This document shows, piece after piece, positions 49,176 through 61,427 of a stretch of DNA of 64,000 nucleotides. A model generated the notes under the pieces. The model worked only from the letters and a program-made list of their open reading frames with translations. It made no database searches and had not been told where the DNA came from. Both the position numbers and the translations under genes were made by a program. Position 1 is the stretch's first letter; each line of letters begins with the position of its first letter. Source of the DNA: Callorhinchus milii (taxonomy: Eukaryota); NCBI RefSeq assembly GCF_018977255.1, contig NW_024704743.1:33916001-33980000 (forward strand), read 5' to 3'.

Positions 49176-50489
49176 TTACAGAGCCTTTTAGTTTTTCTAT
49201 TAAATAGAATGGATGTTGAAGAAGCACAGTAATGGAACTACATTGAGTCATTCATGGTTTGATAAATAAAGCTGGTTGTTAAAACCACTCCAGTCAGCAT
49301 TTTATGAATAATTAAATAAACTTTTCATATTTAATAACAACACAAATTGCTTAATAGTATTTATAATATCTGTTGGACATGTATTATGTCATTTTATTTT
49401 CAATCACAAAAATATAAGTTCACAATTTAGTGCCCGCAGTAGAATTACAATTGGATTTAAACCCAATGTACTATACATAACTATTAATATTCCTCAGGTT
49501 GCTCTGGTCTAGTCCTGATGGGAGAGTGGGTAAGCTTTGCCATTGTGCTAGGATCAACCCATTAAAGTGTAGGTAACTGCTGTTATAAGACCATAACTTT
49601 CCCATGAAATAAAAGTATGTTAAGCTTTATTTCAGAAAATTATATAACTCTGTTGATTATTTTTGCATTTTATTCTTATTGCAAAAAAAAGAAGATAACC
49701 CACTGTACACTGATGCACTTTGATAAGAAAAACAATGTTATCCTATGTATGGCCGTTTGGCTGAACAGATTATTTCCTTCACTTTGGATCTGAAGTCTTC
49801 TCCCCTTCCCTGTCCAGCCTACTCTTTACTGTTTAGCACACAGAATAAAAAGCCTGAAGAAACTGATTTTTCTTATGTTGATTGAAACATGTACATATAT
49901 TTTCTGCACAAAACTGATGCAATTGCTAACGTTTCCAAAGTGTCTGTTCACAACGAAAAGCTATCAAATGTAATGAGCAACATTTTTATGTTCCAAAATG
50001 AGGGAAATCACAATTTAAATTGCATTCAATTAATGATATTGAAATCTAATTTGCAGGTTGTGTAAACAATGAGTAAAGAGAGAATTACAGATGAGTCTGT
50101 AATTCTTTCTTTGCTTGTGGATTACCCTGTTTAAGGTGAAGGCGATTCTCTTTTTACACGGGTTAATACAACTCATAAATTGCACCTCGATGTGTAATTA
50201 ACTTAGACTTAAAATATGTTTTGTATTAATAAACAATAATAACACAAGAGTTACTATTATTAAAAAAACAGTCGATATAAAGAACATAGAAGACAGTAGA
50301 TTGATGGCATTATTGACTTAATAAGTAGTAGTGAAACCTGGTTTGTCTTAGTCCTATATCCTCCTATTCTATCCACCCTTAGAGATCGATCTTTCTCCCC
50401 TTGGATTATTCACATCTTTATATGGCTGAAAATTTTAATGTACAATATAATGCAAGTGACCGCAGGTGCCAAGTGGAGTCCTATAGCTT

Positions 50490-51035
50490 CAACAACAACA
50501 AGATTCCATTTATAGAGCGCCTTTCACATCGAGAGGACGTCCCAAGGCGCTGGACAGTTGGGTCAGGACCCAAGCAGGGGGGAAATGGTCAGGGTGAGGG
50601 GAGGGAAGGGAGGGAGGGAGGAGGGGGTAGAGAGTTGAGAGGGGAGCTGAAGGCACGGTCAAAGAGAAAGGTCTTGAGACCGGCCTTGAAGGAAGAAAGG
50701 GAGGAGGCGGCGAAGGCACTGGTGGATGGAGTTCCAGAGCCTAGGGGCTGAGAAGCTGAAGACCCGGCCACCGATGGTAGGGCGGTTGGGGCGGGGGATG
50801 TGGAGCAGACTGGAGCCAGAGGAACGGAGGGTACAGGCAGGTAGGTAGGGGGATAGTAGGTCGAAGAGGTAGGAGGGAGCAAGGCCGTGAATGGCCTTGT
50901 AGGTGAGGATGAGGATCTTGAATTCGATCCTCTGGGGGATGGGAAGCCAGTGGAGGCGAGCGAGGGTAGGAGTGATGTGATCGCAAAGCCTGGTGCGGGA
51001 CAGTACATGAGCTGCAGAGTTCTGAATGACTTCAA
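50490..51035 (-). mobile_element. Young L2 subfamily, 5'-truncated
   Basis: IQNSAAHVL, HITPTLARLHWLPIPQRIEFKILILTYKAIHGLAPSYL and FSFSAPRLWNS; (CAA)n tail at 50490. Confidence 0.92.
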
Positions 51036-51704
51036 ACTGTTCTGTTTCACTTACTGCCCAGAATTGTGAAATTTTGTGAAATGTATTACAACCTATTGAA
51101 GATGAATTGTTGTGACTGTACAAAGTACTTCATGAGCCTTAACTATGAAAGTTATTGCATTTAAAGCTTTATTCAGGAGCTATGTGCCGCAGCTGTCTCC
51201 ATGTCTTTTGATCCACAAAGTGGAACAGCAACATTTCCAGGTTTAGCATGAAGGGATTTACCCTGCAACTGCCAAACCTCAGAGGAATCTACGTTTTAAC
51301 TCCTTGCTTCAATATTTGTCTGAAGAGAATGATTAGGATAAAATGATTGCCACTACCGCTTGACTATTCACCATTTTCATTGATTTACTTCTATTACTTT
51401 ACTGACTTAACAACACTCATGTGGCGAATGCAATTTGCAATAAAAATAAAGGGATTTATTTTGGGATTATTGAGAGTTCATGCACTTGGAACAGTTCTAC
51501 AGTAGTCAGTGTGAGCACTTTCCACCTAGACATGAATGATGCAGATTCTTCGCTTATTGCCAGCAGTATGTTAAGACACTCAATCATTGAGCAGATACCA
51601 ATAAACACAGTTGAGCACCTCATCTCCTTCAGTCAAGGAGGTTTACCAGACATGGCTCTCAATGGCAAGTTATGTGGTTTTAGCTGAACTCCAGCAGTAC
51701 TTGG

Positions 51705-52637
51705 AACTTAACATATCTAAATTAGCGAACAATACGAAGATAGGTGGGAGAGTAAGCTGTGAGGATGACACACGAAGAATGCAAAGGGAAATAGACAGGC
51801 TAGGTGAGTGCAAGAAGATGGCAGATGGAGGATATCGTGGGGAAGTGTGAAGTTATTGACCTAGGTTGTAAAAATAGAAAAGCAGATTATTTTCTAGAGG
51901 GGGAGAGACTAGGTAGTGTTAGTGTTCAGAGGGATTTGCGTGTCCTTGTAACCAGTCACAAAAAGTTAGTATGCAGGTACAGCAAGCAACTAGGAAAACT
52001 AATGCCACGTTGGAGTTCGTTGCAAAAAGAGTACAAGAGTAGGGAAGTCTTGCTGCAGTTGTATAAGGCCTTGGTGAGACCCGACCTAGAATATTGTGTG
52101 CAGTTTTGGTCTTCTTATTTAAGAAAAGACATACTCGCCTTTGAAGGGGTGTAGTGTAGATTCACTAGGTTGGCTCCTGAGATGAGGGGGTTGACCTATG
52201 AGATAGGTTGAGTAAACTAGGCCTATATTCTCTAGAATATAGAAGAATTAGAGGTGATCTTATGGAAACCTATAAGATTCTTAAGGGTCTTGACAGGGTA
52301 GATGCCATGAGACTGTTTCCCCTGGTTGGAGAATCTAAAATTAAGGGTCATAGTCTCAAGATTAAGGGTCAGCTTTTTCAAACTGAGTTGAGGAAACATT
52401 TCTTCACCCAGAGGGTAGAGAATTTGTGGAATACTCTACCCCAGAAGGCTGTGGATTCATTGAACATATTCAAGACTGAGATTGATAGATTTCTAAAGGA
52501 TTGAGGAATTAAAGAATATGGGGATAGGGCACGTAAATGGAATTAGATTAGAAGATCAGCCATGATCTTACTAAATGGCAGGGCAGGATCGAGGGGCCGA
52601 ATGGCCTACTCCTGCTCCTATGTATTATGGTCTTATG
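51705..52637 (+). mobile_element. CR1 LINE, 5'-truncated (RT C-terminal half to 3' end)
   Basis: ISKLANNTKIGG (decayed FADDTK), LYKALVRPDLEYCVQFWS, RIRGDLMETYKIL and FFTQRVENLWNTLP; tail ggcctactcctgctcctatgtattatggtcttatgg. Confidence 0.92.
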
Positions 52638-52965
52638 GCTCTTGCCTATGTGCACCGAATACTCTCTGACCTGAGGAACGACCTGGAGTGATTATCTCCA
52701 CCATTAAAATAACAGTAACATAGGTCAGGAGAAGAACCTGGAAATCAGTCGATGCTCTTAACTTTGTGTGTGATTCCATTCTGGTTATTTGCAAAGCAGA
52801 GATCACCCTCCCCCCCAATAAAAAACATATTGGGTACGGCAAATATTTTGATGTCATCGCAGTACAGGCACAATGAAGTCATGATGTTTCCACGGTGCAG
52901 AACATTAACTGGCCCACCCAATCCATACCTCAGACTTTCAGCTTAACTGGGAAATCTTTCTGAGT

Positions 52966-53290
52966 TCAAATCCTCAGAAGTCATACTGAAGCTGTAAAGT
53001 GTGCTTGTCAACCTGTACCTGGTCTACAGCTCTGATCACTGCAACATGAAGGAATAAGAGTAAAGAGCAAGAGTAAACTCCGAACAATTGCTTGCAGAGG
53101 GCAGCAGAAGAAAGGGGCATGGGTTCAGGGGTATAAATAGCAATTTAAGGACAGAAACCAATAAGTATTTCTTTACCCTGAGGATAGTATTAGCAGGAAT
53201 GCTTTCCCAGCAAAGATGTTTGAGACCCGGACTCTGGATTCATTTAAGAAACAGCCTGATACTGTAATGGGAAGCAGGTAGGGCTGATAT
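52966..53290 (+). mobile_element. Ancient CR1 3' fragment
   Basis: KSSEVILKL-like and RGHGFR...YFFTLR-like decayed coding. Confidence 0.5.
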
Positions 53291-53362
53291 TCTGGAAGGA
53301 ATAAGCCAAAAGCTCTTCTTCATCTTTACCTCTTTAGTGATAAGGTACATCCTTTAATTATA

Positions 53363-53575
53363 TAATAATCCCTCCAAAAAAACCAAAAACAATAATAAAT
53401 TGGTCATTTTCAATCTACGACTGTTTGTGGGACATTGCTGTGTGCAATTGACTGCCGCGTTCGCCCACAAATATACAGTCAATTCACTTTACAGTGTGTT
53501 CTGTGAAGCGCTTTGGGACGTCCTCCCTACGTGAAAAGCGCTATATCAAATGCAAGGATTATTATTATTATTATT
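53363..53575 (+). mobile_element. Young SINE family A 3' half
   Basis: Near-identical inverted partner of 54288-54500. Confidence 0.9.
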
Positions 53576-53704
53576 TTGCAAATTTAGAACGCAAACAGCA
53601 GTTCATGAAAAATCCTTACACAGAGGCTGAAATTCACAACAGAGCCACAGTGCCACAATGACAACTATATTAAGTTAGTGCACAAGTACGTCGCAAGATG
53701 TAAT

Positions 53705-54130
53705 AATATAATAATAATAATCCTTGCGATTGATATTATGTCTTTCATGTCATTGAAACGTCTCAAAGCACTTCCCATAAAGTGTACACAGCAGTCAGTT
53801 TGTACACAATAATGTCCTTCAAAACAACCAAGGAGTGAGTGACCAATTTTATTTGAGGAATTGTTGGCCAGGACATTTGGACATTTGGAGAAATTCCCTT
53901 CTCTTTTCAAATAGTGCCATGGAATGCTTAACATCCACCTGAAAAGCCAGATGGACCGTGGTTTAATTTGTCATACAAAGGATGCTATCTCCGACAACAT
54001 AGCTCATTCCCACCACTGCATTGGAGGGTCAGTTTAGACTGTGTGGGTTTGAGTTCAAAGTTCCGATGTGGGCTTGATCCCCAAATCTTCTGACTCGGAG
54101 GTGAGAATACTACCACTGAGCTAGGCTGAT
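53705..54130 (-). mobile_element. Older Deu-SINE (family B)
   Basis: Tail tccttgcgattgatatt; tagtgccatggaatgcttaacatccacctg; cttctgactcggaggtgagaatactaccactgagctaggctga. Confidence 0.75.
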
Positions 54131-54287
54131 GTATCTCTTTGCCCACACTTTTGGTCATCTTTCCCCTCCCCAGCTTCCTCAGTTCCCTATTCCAGCTTAG
54201 GTACCAAGTGAGCAGAGCAAAACTGGGACAGCCTCCTGACATGAAAGACACTATATAAATGTAAATTGCATTGTATTGTTTTAAGTG

Positions 54288-54610
54288 TAATAATAATAAT
54301 AATAATCCTTGCATTTGATATAGCACTTTTCACGTCGGAAAGATGTCCGAAAGCGCTTCACAGAACACACTGTAAAGTGAATTGACTGTATATTAGTGGG
54401 CGAACACGGCAGCCAATTGCGCACAGCAATGTCCCACAAACAGTCGTAGATTGAAAATGACCAATTTATTATTGTTTTTGGTTTTGGAGGGATTATTATT
54501 AGGCTCTGTGTGGAGTAAGGAAACTTGCCCAAGGTTTCGCCCTGCCTGGAATTGAACTCAGGTCTCTCGCTTGCAAAGCGAGTGCTCTAACCACTGAGCT
54601 ACAGGACTCC
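54288..54610 (-). mobile_element. Young SINE family A (short variant), full length with intact tRNA-Ala-like head
   Basis: Reverse complement ggagtcctgtagctcagtggttagagcactcgctttgcaagcgagagacctgagttcaattccaggcagggc gives an A box, anticodon arm ctcgc-tttgcaa-gcgag (TGC) and a B box; Deu-like body; (ATT)n tail. Confidence 0.93.
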
Positions 54611-55477
54611 AAATGGGTTGAATTCAATGGGTTGAATCTGAACACTAACCTAAGTGTAGCATTCTACTTTAAAAAATACACGTTAAGATGCTCAATACAG
54701 TAATGAATGTATGCACAAGAGCCAACAATTAAATATTCCAACTTTGCCCTGCGGTGCGCAATGCAGACAGTCACTGCAATTAAACAGCGAGGCAGATACT
54801 CTCTTCTACCTCACTGGTTAATTGCGGTGACATTTATTAAATAAGAATCCATTGTGATGGAACTTCAACTGCACTGGATCATGTACATTATGTACACTAT
54901 ACCAGGTTTAGTTAACAGATTTATTATAATCTTTGGTGTTATTCTTGGTGTTTGTCTACAAAATTCAGTGACTGCACTTCGCAAGTTATATTGTCAAGTG
55001 CTTTAAGATGGAAGGCGCTGTACGAAATGTAAGGATTATTATTATTTATTTAGCTATTGAGTTTATATATTCTTTGCTGGCTATTTTAAACATGATTAAG
55101 CTGATCTTATATGCATCTTAACTGCATTTCTAATTCAGTGTCTTTTCTGTTATGCCTATACTGCATTAAAGTGTTGTGCATTTGTATACAATTTATTTAA
55201 TTATGTTGCTACTGAAAAATGAATTACCTCACTGCAATAAAGACGTTTAATGCACCTTACTCCATTATTTATAAAAAGTAGTTACTATTTTAGAACGGGG
55301 AGGGGCTATGCCATAGAAAGGAAAAAAATAAAATATTAATTTTTATCTGCAACATTTATAGAAATGCAAGCATGTGTAATTTGGAAAATTATTTCCTTCT
55401 ATTATTAACTGTGCACTGTGTTGAGTTTTGAATTTCCAAAGGGCATGTGCAAAATACCTCAATTCAATCTTGTGTAT

Positions 55478-55580
55478 TTCGTCCACAAAAATACAGTCAA
55501 TCCATTTTACAATATATTCTGTGAAGCGTTCAATGATGTGATAAGACACTGTATCAAATGCAAGGATTATTATTATTATT
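55478..55580 (+). mobile_element. SINE family A 3' fragment
   Basis: atacagtcaatccattttacaatatattctgtgaagcg...atcaaatgcaaggattattatt. Confidence 0.75.
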
Positions 55581-55594
55581 TGCCTAGGTGCTTT

Positions 55595-56102
55595 TCTTTG
55601 GCCAGTCATGTAGCTGACATATGTGGAAACACATCACCATACTTAAGAGTATCCACATATGTTCCACTGAGGGTTCCACACACTTATGCTTATGTACAAG
55701 TGGACATTTCCCTGTGTATGGAATTACTTAATTCTGGAAAGTATTAGGCATAGGTTGGCAAGAGCAAAGGGTTGGGGACTCCAGAGTGTGCACTGGGGTA
55801 TTGTTGGAGTCTAACCAGCTAAAGCCACATAACTTGCCATTGAGAGCATTGTAAGCTTCCTACTTCTTGTCCAGCTAGGACCATCCTAGGAACTTGCTAG
55901 AAATTTGTCTTGCAGGGTTAACTGAGTGGGAATCTCTGCCCTCAGTTTGCTCCTCCAAATCCTGTTAATCCTGTCGTTACCAGTACCCTGGAGTATGGTA
56001 GGCCTGCTTGGCTCAGGAACTGAATGACCAGGAACATCACGGAGGTTTGACTCGATTCTGACATTTGATTGCCAAGCACGTTATCTTGGAGCCAGCTCGG
56101 GG
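55595..56102 (-). repeat. Unclassified ~550-bp interspersed repeat, further copy
   Basis: gttggcaagagcaaagggttggggactccagagtgtg, ggagtctaaccagctaaa, ggctcaggaac and ttggagccagctcgg are shared with the other copies. Confidence 0.75.
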
Positions 56103-56499
56103 CAAAAAGACCACACTCCCCCCACCCATGCCCCCCACTCCCACTTCCCCTTTCCGGAGAATAGTTTAATTCTATACAATACACTTTTTCCCTTGATATT
56201 TCCTGAAAGTAATTTTTTTCCTTATAGATTTAGGTTGAGATAATGCATGGACATGTGTGTGTGTGTTCGTGTGTGAGTGTCGAGAGGGTGAAATTATTTA
56301 TATTTTTTGTAAGGTTCCAACAATGCCTGAACACGTGGGTGAGTGAATAGTTCAAACAATGGCCCAATCCCCCAAACCAAGCAGAAGGTTAAACGCTGCA
56401 TTTACCTGCCACTTGCTGCCACTAATGGGAGCATTGAATTCAGGGGCAGCGTTCCAGTGTAAATGAGGCCGGGCTGCTTTCAGCCTGAGTTGAGCATTT

Positions 56500-56622
56500 A
56501 TAATAATAATAAAAATAATAATCCTTGCATTTGATTTAGCGCCTTATCACATCATTAAGATGTCTCAAAGCGCTTCACAGAATATACTGTAAAGTGAATT
56601 GACTGTATAATTTGTGGGCAAA
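56500..56622 (-). mobile_element. SINE family A 3' fragment
   Basis: aataataatccttgcatttgatttagcgcc...aagcgcttcacagaatatactgtaaagtgaattgac. Confidence 0.8.
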
Positions 56623-58384
56623 ATATATCTTGCAATCTCTTGTCGTAATGCCTTCATTTTCTTGGCTGAGAACAGGCTGGGCAGTCAGTCCACCCTGCAG
56701 TTGCTTCAATGTTAGCCCCAACACGTATTCTGTGAAGAATTGATAGACTTTGGCATTGTTGACCTTTAGTTAACCCAAATCAAAAATACAGGCATGATAA
56801 AAGGACTGGCTTCCAGTGGTTACTGAGACTGATAAAGCAAAAGCGCTGAATTAATATCAATGAAAGAGCAGGCTTGGATTTTCCTCGGGCTGTTGTCTTA
56901 CTGTTTGCTCTCAGTGGTAAGCAACTTTGTTTCCAACCGCAGGTACTGTTTATTCCACACAAATTAAGGAACTCACGTTGAATATTTAAACATTCTGCTA
57001 GCGATGTTCTGTCATTTTAATGATGAAGAACAAAAGGACTAGCCCCCAGCACGAAGACCCAAGGATGTCAAATTAGTGGTGATTGTGTGGACTGAATGAG
57101 AAAAATATTGAATTTGTTTTAAAAGAAAAGCCTGAATGTAATGTAAACAACTGGGTACTGAATTGAAGTATGAACATGACTCCAGCTGTGCACACCAGGA
57201 GAGGCCCATTTAAATAATACATGCAATATTAGCCCGTCAGCTGCTGTAGGTTACCTCTATTTGCCTTTTATTACAAACACAAAGCCTTAATTCTGCCCTC
57301 ACACCCCTTCCCGATTAACTATCCAATCATCATGTAGGACAGTACCCTGTTACTACTAGGATGGTCAATTGTGGGGAAACTATTTTTGGTAAATTCATTG
57401 GGAAACTGATCTATAAAAAGTCCACCCATAGGAAGATCAAGGCTGTTATCCAGGACTGTTGGCGTAAATCATGATACTTTATAAATGATTCAATGTTTCA
57501 AGGTGTGTGAGAAGAGACAAGTAAATACTTCTCTACTCTCCACAAGAGCAATGTCAATGACCTAGGCATGTTAAATGTGCTGAGTAACAACAACATCAAC
57601 AACAAAATTACATTTGTATAGCGCAAATACTTCAGATGAAGGAGTCTCTTCAGCCCATTTGATTTAATCCTTGCAGAATACCCCTAAACAAGTTTTTTTT
57701 ACAATCAGTCCAGTTCTGACATCAACCATATTACTTGCAACAGGAGAGTCCTGTTTAAAATAGCAGATACAGTGTTTGACAATCCGCTCCTGAAGGTTAC
57801 CTCTATTTGCCTTTTATCACAAATTTTACCCATTCATCCTTTTCTCAATGACCCTATTCAACCATCATTTTACATTTTACATGTGCCAGAATTTCCTTAA
57901 AATGGATAATGAGAGGTTCCCCTAATCTGTCCAGACCATGGTGGTTCTTCATTAGATCTTTATCTGTGTCCTCATCAGTCTTTCTTTTTCACACACACAT
58001 ACAGTAAAAACCATATGATAACATTGCACATAGTGAATAGAGAACTGTGCAGAAATGGGAGATGCCACTCTATTCTTTCTGACCAGTCCCATTTTCAAGG
58101 ACGATCTTTCCTGATCTCTCATAACACCACACTAAGCCTCCCCATCATCCTTTTCCCATGCAGAAACCTACCCATTCCATCTTGAAATTGTTTGCATCAT
58201 TCCTCTCCATTGCCTTCCTGAGCAAAATGTTCCACATGTTTACCACCCTCTGCGTAAAATTGACACAGTCCATTCATGCTGTCTATTCTGACTACTTAAC
58301 TAACTGACTAGGGCAGGTCCGTCTCCCTCCTCTAATATATCATCGCTCAGTTTAGACATTGCTATTGGAGCTCGTTCAGGGCTG

Positions 58385-58480
58385 GAGCAGTCACTGTCGG
58401 CATGGAGTTCCTCAGGAATGGCCTGGGCATTCTTGGTTACATGATTACTTTAGTGCTAATTAAGATGACAGCAAATTAAT
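58385..58480 (+). mobile_element. Ancient LINE RT remnant
   Basis: ggagttcctcagg (GVPQ) followed about 60 bp later by gatgacagcaaatta (DDSKL). Confidence 0.4.
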
Positions 58481-58599
58481 CACTTCTGTGACCTCCACTG
58501 CTACAATTCACCGACAGACAAGATCTTCAGAATCATGCGAAGCACATTGATATTGATGGTTGCACATCGAATATCCTTGCAGTGAGAATTACAATAAAT

Positions 58600-58695
58600 A
58601 ATATAATCCTTGCATTTGATATAGCGCTTTTCACGTCTTCTCGACATCTCAAAGCGCTTCACAGAACAGACTGTAAAGTGAATTGACCGTATATA
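58600..58695 (-). mobile_element. SINE family A 3' fragment
   Basis: ataatccttgcatttgatatagcgcttttcacgtcttctcgacatctcaaagcgc. Confidence 0.8.
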
Positions 58696-59851
58696 AATAT
58701 TCTATCAGAGACTAGATCCTTCAGTCAGGAAACCCCTCAAGGTCATAATAAAAACAGTCTTGCCCTGGTCCTTTAAATCCTGCAGAATGTTGGGAAATAG
58801 CATTGAAGTTGTCAAATTACTTTATTGGCCATTGAAAATTGCTGCTGAGGGCAGCAATGATTAGATGCCCTGGCTTAAGGTTGACTGCCGGTGAATTACC
58901 CTGCACTTGAGCTGGAGCCAGAGGAGACTTCAGAGTCTACAGCTCAGTGCAGTGATTCTTCCGTGGTTGAATCAGAAAACCCAGTAAGTTTCACTGTTAC
59001 TATTCAAGGGAGACTATGAAGAATTGAGAGAGTATGAATTTGAATGTCATTTAGTAATAGAGCAACAAGTTCTTGGCTTCATTTTGATGCATTCCAAGGC
59101 AATATGGAAGGACTTTATTGTTCAATCAGCAAATGTAAGGAGTTGCTGGTGGACGAGGTGTTGTGGTGCCAGCCATAGGCAACGCCAACCACTGAAGATG
59201 TGTTCCCAATGGTGAAGTGGACAGAGCGGCAGCATATGTTACCAGGAGATCACTGGTTTCAATTTGATGGGTTTGCTGGTCTCAACCAAGTTTGCAAGGG
59301 GAGGCTTGCTCATTGCCATGGTTCACAAATGAGGAATTGGAGGACAATTGGGACTGGTTAATAATATGAAATTTGTGACTGAATTATGTTTTACTATTCC
59401 ATGACTGAAGCTTTGTGTATTGAACAGCCTCTGAATCAATTGTAAATGTCTTGATAAGTTAGGGCAGCAAATTATTGTAGACAGCTCCATTTCAACCCAT
59501 TTAGACATATACTTGGTCTTAAAAGATCAAACTGTTATATTTTTATCCCAGAAGCTGACATCAAACTGTGTGAAATAAAAAAAAATCATAGCAGTAGCAA
59601 GTTAATAAATAGAACCACACTCTGTATCCTCGGCAGTTTTTCTTGGGTTTGATCCAGGAAAAGCAAGGCCATAGGTGATATTGAGAGAAGTCTCTTTTCA
59701 TCTGATATCTATTTCCGACTGATGTCAACATAACTAACTGCACACAAACTGTATTTAACTGTCAGTCACAGAATCACAGGTAAATATAATATACAACAGT
59801 AAATATTTCTTGAATTGTCTTTCTGATTTAGTCTTTCAAATGTTTTTTCTG

Positions 59852-60117
59852 TCAATTTGGCTCAGTTGTTGGCACACTTGCTTCTGTCCCAGAAGGTTGT
59901 GGGCTCAAACCTCACAGTGGAGTTTGTATTCAGAATTTAGTCTGAGACTCCTTACTGAGGGAGTACTGTTTTGTCATAACGTTTTCCTTTGGCTATGTTA
60001 AACCCATCAGCTCATTCAGATGGACGTTAAAGATCCCGTTACACTATTCAAAACAAAAGGGAGTTTCTCCCATTGTCCTGGACAACAATCCTCCAGTTTA
60101 ATTGATCATTTACTTCA
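59852..60117 (+). mobile_element. Older SINE family B, 5' two-thirds
   Basis: tggctcagttgttggcacacttgcttctgtcccagaaggttgtgggctcaaacc...cagatggacgttaaagatccc. Confidence 0.7.
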
Positions 60118-61107
60118 TGTGACTGAATTATGTTTCACTATCTCGTGACTGAAGCTTTCTGTATTGAACAACCTCTGCATCAACTATAAAAGTCTTGATA
60201 AAAGATCTTAATAATGAGTGTATAAATCTCTCAAACCTGCTTCAAGTAATCAATTAATTTTGAAGTGCAGTGGCTGTTATGTAGGCAAGAGCTCTGGCAT
60301 TCTGCCTCGCGTGAAGGGCACAATATAAATGCAAATTGTTGCTGTTGTTGTTATCGTTCTATTACTCTATCTCTCTACCCTCGACTCCAGGACCAATGCT
60401 GTCCTGACAGAATATCTATCACAAGCTGCAGATCACCCAGAACTCTATATCCAGGTCCAGATCATTAATATAAATCAGAAAGAGCAGTGGTCCCAATACC
60501 GACCCCTGAGGGACACCACTACACACTCCCCCCAGTCAGAAAAGCAAGTGTTTACTATCGCTCTCTGCTTTCTGTCTCCCAGCCAGTTCTGGATTCATGT
60601 TGCCGCAGTCCCTTTAATACCGTGGGCTTCTATTTTGTTTTTAAGTCACTTATGTGGCACTTTGTCAAATGCCTTTTGAAAATCTAGATAAACTATATCT
60701 ACTGCACTACCTTCATCCACCCTCTCAGTCACTTCATCAAAATATTCTATTAAGTTTGTCAGACATGATCTGCCTTGAACAAATCCGTGTTGACTGTCCT
60801 TTATTAAACTATATTTTTCTAAGTGAGAATTTATATTGTCCCGCATTATAGTCTCCAGAAGTTTCCTTACTACTGATTGGCCCGTACTTCTCAGGTTTAT
60901 CCTTCTGCCCAGAACTGTACAGGGGAGAACATTTGCAACCTTTCAGTCCTCTGGCACCACTCCAGTGTCCAAAAAGGATTGAAAGATTGTGGCCAGAACT
61001 TCCGCTATTTTCACCCTTGCTTCCCTCCGTAGCCTAGGATGCATCCCGTCCAGACTATATTGAGCACCGACAACTTTTTTAGTACCTCCTCTCTGTTGAT
61101 TTTTATC

Positions 61108-61197
61108 ATTAATTATATATATAATTATATTATATTTTGTATTATATTATATTTTATATTAATATTATATTATATTTTAATTATATTATATTTTTAT
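61108..61197. repeat. AT-only low-complexity tract
   Basis: Reiterated attatatt/atatttt units. Confidence 0.85.
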
Positions 61198-61427
61198 CAG
61201 GCAGGGCAAAACCTTGGGCAAGTTTTCGTACTCCACACGCTTAATAATATTCCCTCTAAAAAAAAACAATAATAAATAGGTCATTTTCAATCCACGACTG
61301 TTTGTGGGACACAGCTGTGTGCAATTGGCTGCAGTCAATTCACTTTACAGCATATTCTGTGAAGCGCTTTGAGACGTCTAGAAGACGTAAAAAGCACTAT
61401 ATCAAATGCAAGGATTATTATTATTAT
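61198..61427 (+). mobile_element. Young SINE family A (short variant), 5'-truncated, nested in CR1
   Basis: ggcagggcaaaaccttgggcaagtt...gagacgtctagaagacgtaaaaagcactatatcaaatgcaaggattattatt. Confidence 0.9.

Noticed and set aside
54538..54610. tRNA-Ala(TGC)-like cloverleaf (also at 27015-27086, 4430-4500, 49105-49175)
   Set aside because: Each continues directly into a SINE body and tail with no oligo-T terminator; these are SINE heads, not tRNA genes.
54800..54815. tgaggtag (let-7 5' end) on the minus strand within the hairpin
   Set aside because: Only 8 nt match and they sit next to the loop rather than at the start of an arm; not let-7.
58902..58951. tgcacttgagctg...cagctcagtgca 12-bp stem with an inner agact-tcag-agtct hairpin
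   Set aside because: Short enough to arise by chance, and no ribozyme or ncRNA consensus is recognisable.
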